Below, in pieces: positions 18,577 to 26,724 of a stretch of DNA of 64,000 nt (positions are counted from its first letter, which is position 1; the number at the start of each line of letters is the position of its first letter). Where the stretch lies: NCBI GenBank assembly GCA_963837955.1, contig CAWIPH010000002.1:2698966-2762965 (forward strand). Direction: 5' to 3'. The stretch comes from an uncultured Verrucomicrobiae bacterium. Lineage in GTDB: Bacteria; Verrucomicrobiota; Verrucomicrobiia; Chthoniobacterales; JAFAMB01. The position numbers and the translations under genes are program-made. Below the pieces are notes generated by a model, which made no database searches, was not told the DNA's origin, and saw only the letters and a program-made list of their open reading frames with translations.

Positions 18577-18715
18577 AGGGCGCGGCGAACTTTATAAGGT
18601 TCACGAGCTCTCGACAAGGGCTACTAAGGCCTATCAGCCGGCCTGATATGCGATCGAAATATCCGATTACCCCCTCTAAGTGACCGGGATGACATTGCCA
18701 CAAGAAAGGTTGTTT

Positions 18716-19285
18716 ATGAGATTACTTAAGGGTTCACTTGCTGGCCTGGTTTTAGCCGGCATTCTAGCAATCACGCCCACGGCCGCATTCGCTGGCGGCG
18801 GCCATTTTGGTGGTGGTGGAGGCGGTGGGCATTTCGGCGGTGGGGGTGGCGGCCATTTTGGGGGCGGTGGGGGCCATTTTGGCGGCGGACATTTCGTTGG
18901 CGCCTCACATGTCGGGGGAGGCCATTTTGACAGGGCTGGTGGTCATGATTTCGAGTTTCGCGACCGCGACCACTTTAGGCACTTTGGAGGGTTTTTTGGG
19001 TTTGGCGATCCCTACTGGTACGGATATCCCTATTCGTATGATCCGTACTACGGCTACTACAGCGACTACTACGGTGGACAAACCTACTCGGCTGAGGATC
19101 TTTCAAGTCAGACCGTTGTTGCTGTGCAGAAGGAGCTGACTCAACTCGGTTATTATCACGGTCAGATCGATGGCGTGATTGGCGCGGAAACGCAAAAAGC
19201 GATTCGCTGGTTCCAATCGGTCAATAAGGTACCTGTCACCGGACAGATCGACGATCCCACATTGAGGGCGTTGCAGATCACTTGA
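18716..19285 (+). CDS. Secreted Gly/His/Tyr-rich low-complexity protein with C-terminal peptidoglycan-binding (PG_binding_1-like) domain
   Basis: Signal peptide MRLLKGSLAGLVLAGILAITPTAAFA, then GGGHF repeats, a Tyr-rich stretch, and 'LTQLGYYHGQIDGVIGAETQKAIRWFQ...PVTGQIDDPTLRAL'. Confidence 0.7.
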   Translation: MRLLKGSLAGLVLAGILAITPTAAFAGGGHFGGGGGGGHFGGGGGGHFGGGGGHFGGGHFVGASHVGGGHFDRAGGHDFEFRDRDHFRHFGGFFGFGDPYWYGYPYSYDPYYGYYSDYYGGQTYSAEDLSSQTVVAVQKELTQLGYYHGQIDGVIGAETQKAIRWFQSVNKVPVTGQIDDPTLRALQIT

Positions 19286-19325
19286 CCGCACAGAATTGAA
19301 CGCTTGACTCTGTAATTCGATAAGA

Positions 19326-19358
19326 CTCTGCGGGGAAGCATCTCCGCAGAGTTTTTTT
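19326..19358 (+). terminator. Rho-independent terminator
   Basis: ctctgcgg (19326-33) / ccgcagag (19344-51) stem followed by ttttttt (19352-58), 40 nt after the stop codon. Confidence 0.75.
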
Positions 19359-19525
19359 ACAGGTGGGAAATTTCTCCCGATCGAAAAAACAGTTCTGGGT
19401 CATCCCGGGTAGGCTTGACCAAACACCCACGCCGGCACGTTTATTCGCCGTACCATCTCCGGTATTCCGAACTCGACGAAATTTGCTTTCCGCCCTCGGC
19501 ATGGCATATCAATGCCTCCGACGAC

Positions 19526-20443
19526 ATGCTCTTCCGCATTTCTCACCAGACCGACTACCACTATCCAACCCCGGTCGCGGAAGCATATCTCGAACTGCGG
19601 CTCACTCCTCTAAGTCGCCGTGATCAGATAGTGAAACGACATGCACTGGTTATTGAGCCGAACGTCCAAATTTCAAATTACGAAGACTATTTCGGGAACC
19701 AAGTCTCCTTCATTTCCCTGCCGTTTAGACACTTGCGGCTCAGGATTTCCAGCGAGGCGCTGGTGGCAACAACCCGGCCTCCTCTGCCAGTAGAGTGCCT
19801 CGAACTATCCATCCAGGAATCACGTCAAATATTAGCCTCCGCTTTGCCATTCGTGTACGATTATTTACAGCCTACCGAGATGGTGAAAATAAGTCGGGAA
19901 GCGGCCCAATGGGCGCGACGATATCTTAGCGGGCGGGTGGTTCTTCGGAAGGGCCTCGAAGAGTTGAATCATGCGATCTGGGAATCATTCGAGTACCAGA
20001 AAGGCTCAACCGAATTTTCCACGGATCTTTCCGTTGTTTGGAAACAGCGGCGAGGTGTTTGCCAAGACTTTGCGCACGTGATGCTGAGCGTTCTGCGCAT
20101 AGCGGGTCTGCCTTCCCGGTATGTCTGTGGCTACATCGAAACAGCCCTGCCGGAGAGTGTTGATTCCCGGGCTCCGCGATTGGTTGGCTCCATTGCCACG
20201 CACGCCTGGGTGGAAACCTTCGTCCCAGGTCAGACTTGGGTGGCCCTTGACCCGACGAACAATCGCTGGTGCGGCGAGCAGCATATCGCTGTCTCATTCG
20301 GTCGGGACGCGAGAGATGCCGCCCCCGTGCACGGCACCTTCAAAGGCGGAGGCAAACAATCCCTGAAAGTCCGCGTTAAAGTGAGACGGCTACGCGAACC
20401 GGCCGTCGAACGCAAAAAGAACTCTTTGCCGGCAATCGGTTGA
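19526..20443 (+). CDS. Transglutaminase-family protein (Bact_transglu_N + transglutaminase core)
   Basis: Start 'MLFRISHQTDYHYPTPV' is typical of the family. Catalytic-type Cys (RGVCQDFAHVM) and His/Asp (HAWVETFVPGQTWVALDPTN). Confidence 0.8.
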   Translation: MLFRISHQTDYHYPTPVAEAYLELRLTPLSRRDQIVKRHALVIEPNVQISNYEDYFGNQVSFISLPFRHLRLRISSEALVATTRPPLPVECLELSIQESRQILASALPFVYDYLQPTEMVKISREAAQWARRYLSGRVVLRKGLEELNHAIWESFEYQKGSTEFSTDLSVVWKQRRGVCQDFAHVMLSVLRIAGLPSRYVCGYIETALPESVDSRAPRLVGSIATHAWVETFVPGQTWVALDPTNNRWCGEQHIAVSFGRDARDAAPVHGTFKGGGKQSLKVRVKVRRLREPAVERKKNSLPAIG

Positions 20444-20451
20444 CCCTGCTT

Positions 20452-23283
20452 ATGCGTGTCCAAATCGAGAACTGGATGAGATACACTTACGAGAAGCCGG
20501 TTAGCTTCTCGCCCCACAAAGTTCGTCTCTACCCGCGGACCGATCCGACGATCGTTACTCACCGATTACAAACGCTCGCTAATATTCCGGCAGATGTTCA
20601 ATACCGGCGGGATCTTTATGACAACCTGATTGCTAATTGTTTCTTCACGGAGCCGGCCAAAACATTGGAACTAAGGATCCAGCTTGAAGTCGAACTGTCG
20701 CCGAGGAACCCATTCCACTTCTTATTGGCTCCCTATGCCGTAGAACTCCCGTTCAGTTACACCGAAACAGAAGCGAGAGTCTTAGCGCCGTACCTTGAGA
20801 CTCTGGCAGCGGATGAAGTCGACTCGGATGAAATCTGGCGATTCGAAGGGAAGCGAAGCACGGTCGATACCCTGGTTGATTTAGCTGGCACGTTGCATTC
20901 CGAGATCAGTTACGAGGTACGGGATGACGGCGAAGCGCGGCCTCCGTCGCGTACGCTGGAATTACGGTCCGGAGCCTGTCGTGATACTGCCCTCCTGGCA
21001 GCATCCATCATACGCAAAATGGGATTGGCTGTTCGCTTAGTGAGTGGGTTTCTCTGCGAGTTTCAGGTCGATGTACGGGCTCGGCGAGCGGATAGCGCGC
21101 TCCATGCCTGGATAGAGGTTTTTCTTCCAGGAGCCGGTTGGGTCGGCATCGATCCGACGAACGGCACATTTTGTGACCATCGATTCATCCCCACCGCGGC
21201 TGGCATCGTTATGGCCGATATCGCACCGGTCGAAGGGAGCTATTTTGGCAACGAAAGAGTGCCGTCGGATTTTCAGGCGAAACTGGAGCTTGAGCTGGTG
21301 GTCGAAAAAGATCTGGATCGTCTGGCCGAAAACCTCGAGCAGACTCTGGCTACTGAAAGGGTCGCTCTCACCCTGGGAGGCGAGCCGACCTTTGTGCCGG
21401 AACATCCAGAAGGAGCCGAATGGAAGGTGGCGGCGGTCGGTCCGACAAAAATTACCTACGCTTACCAAATCGCGAACACGATCGTTGAATCGGATTGGCC
21501 CGGCGCAATCATCCTTTACACGCCAGGCAAGCTTTACCCAGACGAAATCGATCCTCGTTGGGCTCTCAACATCTTGCGACCTCCCCAGCCTTTTCCAGCT
21601 TCGACCAAAGAGGCATTTGCTCCCGACGAAAAGAGCCTCAAACATCTGCGAGACACGGTAATCGATCATTTGAAGATCGAGGATCGCTGGATGAAAGCGT
21701 ACGATCCGCGTGAACCTAAAAAGCAGATCTGGGTGCTCCCATTGGATTTTTCAGAAGGAGAATGGAAAAGCGAAAAATGGAATCTGCGAAAGTTGGAGCT
21801 CATTCCAGCCAACGGCCCAGCCGGATTACGGTTGCCGCTGGTGGATTTGCCGAAAAACCTGACGAAACGCGCGCTAGTGGTCGAAGTGCAACCCACGTAC
21901 CTCGACCTGTTTCTCCCTCCTCTTCTTTCGACTGAATTCGCGTTGCTGGTCTGGATGATTTACGACGCCTTCGACCAACCAACTGACATTCATTGGCAGG
22001 GGTATGTTCCGGTCGATCTTCCTCCGGAATGGTCCCGAATCGCCCTGACCGCCGATCCCGGTGTTCTGGAAGTCAATCTTCCTGCGTGCCCTGATTGGAA
22101 GACCTACCAATCCTGGTTGGAGCGTTTGGAAACGATTAGCCGAGAGCACGGTTTGCGCTGTTTCAAAGAAGATGGCCTGACGGTGGGAACCGGCGGTGGC
22201 AACCACGTGCTCTTTGGCGGACCCTCTCTCGAGCGCAATCCGTTTTTCGTCCGGCCGCAATGGGTGGCTTCCATCGGGCGCTATTGGCAGCATCACCCCG
22301 CTCTCTCCTACCTCTTTACCGGGCTCTACGTTGGAGGTTCTTCTCAGGCACCGCGTCCCGACGAGTGCGGGCACGATCTCCTTGATCTCGAGCTCGCCTA
22401 TCGTCAGCTCGAATCCCTGGGTCCGGGCGATCAACGCGAAAGCATCCATGAGATCTTGCGCCATCTGCACACCGATCCGAGCGGAAACCCGCACCGGAGC
22501 GAGATCAGTGTAGATAAATTTTGGTCATACCCGCTTGGAAATTGGGGTCTACTCGAGTTTCGGGCGATCGAGAGTCTGCCAAAGGTACGGTGGGCAACGG
22601 CGGTGGCTTTGCTGTTCCGCACCACCCTCGCCTATCTGCTCAAGCAGCCATATCGATCGGCCCTGAAACAGTGGGGACAGGAGTTGCATGATCGATTTTT
22701 CTTGCCGACTCTCCTCTGGAGGGATCTCACTGATGTGCTCACTGAGTTGGCCCAATTCGGTTTCGCATTTGATCCTGGGCTATTCCGCGAGATATGGGAA
22801 TGGCGCTTTCCTCCCCTGCTCCAATTGGAAGGCCTCACCATTCGCAAAGGTTTAGAAGCCTGGTCGTTGTTGACCGACACTCCCGTAGAAGGCCAGACCA
22901 CGAGCCGATTCGTCGATAGCTCGATAACCCGGCTAGAGTTTTCCGCTGACGCTCAATTTCATCGGGAACACCAGGTCTTTGTGAATGGCCGCGAACTGCC
23001 TTTTCGCTCCTTTTCAGCGCGAGAATTGATCGTTGGATTACGCTATCGCAGTTCTGCCCTCTATCCCTCTTTGCACCCGAAACTGCCGATCCAAACACCG
23101 CTCGTTGTCACGATCCTCAGTCGTGATGCCGATAAGCTGATCGCTCAGTACGTTCTGCCAAAAGAACAAAGCAGTTTTTCGGAAAGTGATTCACGCGATT
23201 TCAGCCGAGGTAAACCATGTGAGCCGCCTGCGCCGGGCTTGATCACGTGCGACCTGCGAATAGAAGAATCCCTGTTTGGTTAA
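20452..23283 (+). CDS. Transglutaminase-like N-terminal module fused to DUF2126 (putative amidoligase) domain
   Basis: 'MRVQIENWMRYTYEKPV' N-terminus, 'SGACRDTALL' Cys, 'HAWIEVFLPGAGWVGIDPTNG' His/Asp, then a ~650 aa C-terminal region of the large transglutaminase/DUF2126 type. Confidence 0.78.
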   Translation: MRVQIENWMRYTYEKPVSFSPHKVRLYPRTDPTIVTHRLQTLANIPADVQYRRDLYDNLIANCFFTEPAKTLELRIQLEVELSPRNPFHFLLAPYAVELPFSYTETEARVLAPYLETLAADEVDSDEIWRFEGKRSTVDTLVDLAGTLHSEISYEVRDDGEARPPSRTLELRSGACRDTALLAASIIRKMGLAVRLVSGFLCEFQVDVRARRADSALHAWIEVFLPGAGWVGIDPTNGTFCDHRFIPTAAGIVMADIAPVEGSYFGNERVPSDFQAKLELELVVEKDLDRLAENLEQTLATERVALTLGGEPTFVPEHPEGAEWKVAAVGPTKITYAYQIANTIVESDWPGAIILYTPGKLYPDEIDPRWALNILRPPQPFPASTKEAFAPDEKSLKHLRDTVIDHLKIEDRWMKAYDPREPKKQIWVLPLDFSEGEWKSEKWNLRKLELIPANGPAGLRLPLVDLPKNLTKRALVVEVQPTYLDLFLPPLLSTEFALLVWMIYDAFDQPTDIHWQGYVPVDLPPEWSRIALTADPGVLEVNLPACPDWKTYQSWLERLETISREHGLRCFKEDGLTVGTGGGNHVLFGGPSLERNPFFVRPQWVASIGRYWQHHPALSYLFTGLYVGGSSQAPRPDECGHDLLDLELAYRQLESLGPGDQRESIHEILRHLHTDPSGNPHRSEISVDKFWSYPLGNWGLLEFRAIESLPKVRWATAVALLFRTTLAYLLKQPYRSALKQWGQELHDRFFLPTLLWRDLTDVLTELAQFGFAFDPGLFREIWEWRFPPLLQLEGLTIRKGLEAWSLLTDTPVEGQTTSRFVDSSITRLEFSADAQFHREHQVFVNGRELPFRSFSARELIVGLRYRSSALYPSLHPKLPIQTPLVVTILSRDADKLIAQYVLPKEQSSFSESDSRDFSRGKPCEPPAPGLITCDLRIEESLFG

Positions 23284-23382
23284 CCGCCGGTGGTTATCCT
23301 TCAGATCTGGCGAAGCAGCCAGCAAAGTCCGATCCTTCTTCGTTCCCCCCGCAACCCACAAACTGCCGCGGACAAACCTGGC

Positions 23383-23865
23383 TCAAGAGCCCAAGTTGCG
23401 GCTACAGGGCAAGTCATCGGGAAACAGGAGGCGATCATCCTCCAAGAGAACTTCAAATATCGGAGTTGTTTTCGCCATTTCTTCCACAAAGGGATAGACC
23501 TTAATCACCGTGGCCATTGGGAGAAGGGCTAGCAGATCTTCGATCCGCCTTCCCTGAAGCTTCGTGTTGAGCGCATCTTTTTGAGAGAGATTAGCGTTCT
23601 GGCGAAGCCATTGAGCGATCTCATCTTCGACCGAGGCTTGCGCAACGACTTCGAGAAGGCGGTCTTCCGGCACTTCAATCCCGTCGAGCAGAGCAAGGCT
23701 CAAACCGGGTAAAGCCGTGCTCATACCGCGAATGGTGTAGGCGCCGATCTTGCCGCCGGGAAGCTTCGCACGCAATTTATCGATCGTGCGCGGCATCATG
23801 TATAGACCCTCGATCTTTTGATAAGGGCTGCGTGGCGGACGAGTCGTCAAATCGAGAGGTTCCAT
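23383..23865 (-). CDS. DUF5069-like protein (paralog 1)
   Basis: 'DLTTRPPRSPYQKIEGLYMMPRTIDKLRAKL' N-terminus. Paralog of 44265-44702. Confidence 0.6.
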   Translation of the reverse strand: MEPLDLTTRPPRSPYQKIEGLYMMPRTIDKLRAKLPGGKIGAYTIRGMSTALPGLSLALLDGIEVPEDRLLEVVAQASVEDEIAQWLRQNANLSQKDALNTKLQGRRIEDLLALLPMATVIKVYPFVEEMAKTTPIFEVLLEDDRLLFPDDLPCSRNLGS

Positions 23866-23908
23866 TTCGGACGTTATCGTAGTGCCAACGCCACGGATGG
23901 CGCCCGCT

Positions 23909-24850
23909 CTATTTCATCCGATCGAACGTCTTTTGCAGGATCTCCAGATCACTGGCATTACCGGTCTTTGCCCGGCTCGCTTCAATCCACTTCTGTTCGA
24001 GAGCGTTTTTCGTTGGACGATCAATTTCGTAAAAGACACCAAAAAGACCCGGAAACGGCACATCGGCTAGTCGGTATGCTGCGATTTCGTCGGTCAAGTC
24101 GTGACGCGCTTCGTCCTCGGGTGAATCGTCCCACTTCTTTTCATCTATGAGCTTGAACTCGCCCCCCTTCCGCGGGTTACCCGCGTCGAAGGCCCCGGGA
24201 TAGAACTCTATACATTCCGACAAACACTCTATCACCGAGAATCCATCGTGATCCATCGCTCGCTCGATCATTTGGATCATATGGTTGACCTGGGCAGCAT
24301 GCGTGCGCGCGACGAACGTGGCACCCGCAGCAATCAGTTTTTTGATAGGATTGACCGGGTGGTCGATTGCCCCGGTCGGATCAGTCTTGGATCGATAGCC
24401 AATTGGTGAAGTCGGAGAGGTCTGTTTTTTGGTCAGACCATAGACAAAATTGTCCATGATCACGTAAGTCAGTCGGATGTTCTTGCGGGCTCCGTGGTCA
24501 AGATGGTTTCCACCGATGGAAAAGCCATCACCGTCCCCTCCGAAAAGGAATATGTGAAGGTCGGGACGGGCCAGACTGATGGCGGACGCTAACGGAACCG
24601 CGCGCCCATGGATGAAATGCGCGCCGTGCGTATTGACGAAATACGGAAAACGAGAGGAACAACCGATGCCTGCCAATGTTACAATGTTTTCGTGCGGTAG
24701 CTGCCGCTTTTCTAACACCTTGTAAAAAGAAGCCAAGACGGCAAAATCCCCACATGCAGGACACCAAGTAGGGTGATCAGCCGTAATCGCTTTCTTCGTC
24801 AATTTCTCGCGTTCCGGTGGTGTTGCCGGGACGGCATCTGCTGGATTCAT
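23909..24850 (-). CDS. korB: 2-oxoacid:ferredoxin oxidoreductase, beta (TPP-binding) subunit
   Basis: 'HPTWCPACGDF', 'GIGCSSRFPYF', 'GGDGDGFSIGGNHL' motifs. Start overlaps the korA stop. Confidence 0.9.
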   Translation of the reverse strand: MNPADAVPATPPEREKLTKKAITADHPTWCPACGDFAVLASFYKVLEKRQLPHENIVTLAGIGCSSRFPYFVNTHGAHFIHGRAVPLASAISLARPDLHIFLFGGDGDGFSIGGNHLDHGARKNIRLTYVIMDNFVYGLTKKQTSPTSPIGYRSKTDPTGAIDHPVNPIKKLIAAGATFVARTHAAQVNHMIQMIERAMDHDGFSVIECLSECIEFYPGAFDAGNPRKGGEFKLIDEKKWDDSPEDEARHDLTDEIAAYRLADVPFPGLFGVFYEIDRPTKNALEQKWIEASRAKTGNASDLEILQKTFDRMK

Positions 24851-26658
24851 TTGAATACTCCTTCCAGAATTTCGCGGACGCGATAGGTCAATCCATCGGT
24901 CTTAGTCAGACTCTCAATTTTTGGGTTGCAAAACTGGGCGCGCAAGATCGTCGCAAGTTGGCCATAACCATACAAGCCTTGGTCGTTCATTTCGACTACG
25001 ACGATCCTGCGAAACCGCTCGAAGATCGAATCCAATCCACGCGGGAGCGGATGAAGATGACGAAGATGCAAGGCGGAAACACTTTGGCCGCGGTCGCGCG
25101 CTCGGTGGACAGCCTCGTAAATCGGGCCATAGGTCGAACCCCAGCCCACCAGCAATACGTCGCCCTCGGGACTACCGTGGACTTGAGGCAGCGGCAGTTC
25201 GTCCGCCAACTGTTGGTATTTCTTCCGCCGTTTCGCCGTCATGCCCGCGTGCAGACGAGGCGATGCGGTTGGGTGGCCCATTTCATCGTGCTCCAGCCCA
25301 GTTACCACCGGATATTTGCCTTCCAGTATGCGGGTCCCCGGTGGGGCATGCTGAGTGATCCCGTCCAGAGGATATGGCCTAAAGCCAGCCGAACGCGGTT
25401 GCAGATCTGGTTTTGGCTCTTGCATCAGCTCGGCTAAATCAGGTTCGTCGAAAGCTTCGATTCGAGTGGCCAAAGAAGAATCGCTCAAAATGAACACCGG
25501 CGTGCTGTATTTGCGGGCAATCCGGGTGGCCTCCAACGCAATATAAAAACAATCTTCAACGGTTGCCGCAGCGAGGACTACGCGCGGACTGTCACCGTGC
25601 CCGCCAAATACTGCCTGATAAAGATCACTCTGCTCCACGTTCGTCGGTAACCCGGTACTCGGTCCGCCTCGCTGAACATTGATCACGATTAGCGGAATCT
25701 CCGCCATCGAAGCCCAACCGATCGCTTCCGCTTTCAACGAAATGCCGGGTCCGGCGCTCCCAGTGACAGCGAGCGAACCAGAATAGGAAAATCCGAGTGC
25801 CAGCGAAACTGCGGCCAATTCGTCTTCAGCTTGGACGAACAGGCCACCATATTTGGGGAATTCTGAGCGAAGAATTTCCATTACCGATGACCAGGGCGTA
25901 ATCGGGTAACCCGCACCGTATCGGACGCCGCCGGCAATCAACCCGTAGGCCAGGGCCTGATTTCCATCCATCGTGACTTGGGCGCGGTCCGAAGTTCGTG
26001 GGCTCGGCTCGAACTCGTAAAGTGTAGTGAGGAGATTGCGTACCGGATAGGCGTATCCGGCTTGGAATGCCATGAGGGCGGTATTCACGACGCTCTCGTT
26101 TTTGCCGCCAAACCGTTCGCGGATGAGCCCTTTTAGTTTTTCCGCGTTAAGATGAAAAATACTAGCTAAGAGCCCGAGTACGAAGATGTTCTTCCCTTTG
26201 TCCTTGGCTGTTCCACCGAGCGCTTCAACCGTGAGTCCCGTGATCGGAACGCCCACATAGACAAACCGTTTGTCCTCACGATTCGGTTGAACCTGATCCG
26301 AATCGTAAAGCAGGACGCCCCCTTCCCGGAGGAAATCGAGGTGGTTTTCGTAACTGTGCTGATAAAAAGCGACCAGGAAATCCGCCTCATCACCAGCCGA
26401 GAGTACTTCCCCGGAACCGATGCGGACTTGGAAGATCGATGGTCCCCCCGAAATCGTCGAGGGAATCGTCATATACGTGATTACATCCTGCGCGCTACGT
26501 CCTGCTAAGCGCGCCAGGAACGCGCCAGCGGTCTGGATGCCATCTTGAGAATTGCCGGCCAGCCGAATGACTGCGTCGCGAATGTGCTCGGGTCGCAAGT
26601 CGGCGCGTCCGGTAGGCAACGAAGGGGCCGATTCAGGCAAAACGGGGGAAGAACTCAA
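24847..26658 (-). CDS. korA: 2-oxoacid:ferredoxin oxidoreductase, alpha subunit
   Basis: 603 aa, 'AVIRLAGNSQDGIQTAG' N-terminus and pyruvate/2-oxoglutarate:Fd oxidoreductase domain order. Only a TTG start (26658) is available upstream of the conserved N-terminus. Confidence 0.88.
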   Translation of the reverse strand: MSSSPVLPESAPSLPTGRADLRPEHIRDAVIRLAGNSQDGIQTAGAFLARLAGRSAQDVITYMTIPSTISGGPSIFQVRIGSGEVLSAGDEADFLVAFYQHSYENHLDFLREGGVLLYDSDQVQPNREDKRFVYVGVPITGLTVEALGGTAKDKGKNIFVLGLLASIFHLNAEKLKGLIRERFGGKNESVVNTALMAFQAGYAYPVRNLLTTLYEFEPSPRTSDRAQVTMDGNQALAYGLIAGGVRYGAGYPITPWSSVMEILRSEFPKYGGLFVQAEDELAAVSLALGFSYSGSLAVTGSAGPGISLKAEAIGWASMAEIPLIVINVQRGGPSTGLPTNVEQSDLYQAVFGGHGDSPRVVLAAATVEDCFYIALEATRIARKYSTPVFILSDSSLATRIEAFDEPDLAELMQEPKPDLQPRSAGFRPYPLDGITQHAPPGTRILEGKYPVVTGLEHDEMGHPTASPRLHAGMTAKRRKKYQQLADELPLPQVHGSPEGDVLLVGWGSTYGPIYEAVHRARDRGQSVSALHLRHLHPLPRGLDSIFERFRRIVVVEMNDQGLYGYGQLATILRAQFCNPKIESLTKTDGLTYRVREILEGVFK

Positions 26659-26724
26659 AGCAAATGTTTCTTAAATGCTAATAGAGATGGCAACCCCTTG
26701 TCAACGTGCTGTGCGCGATTCCGA

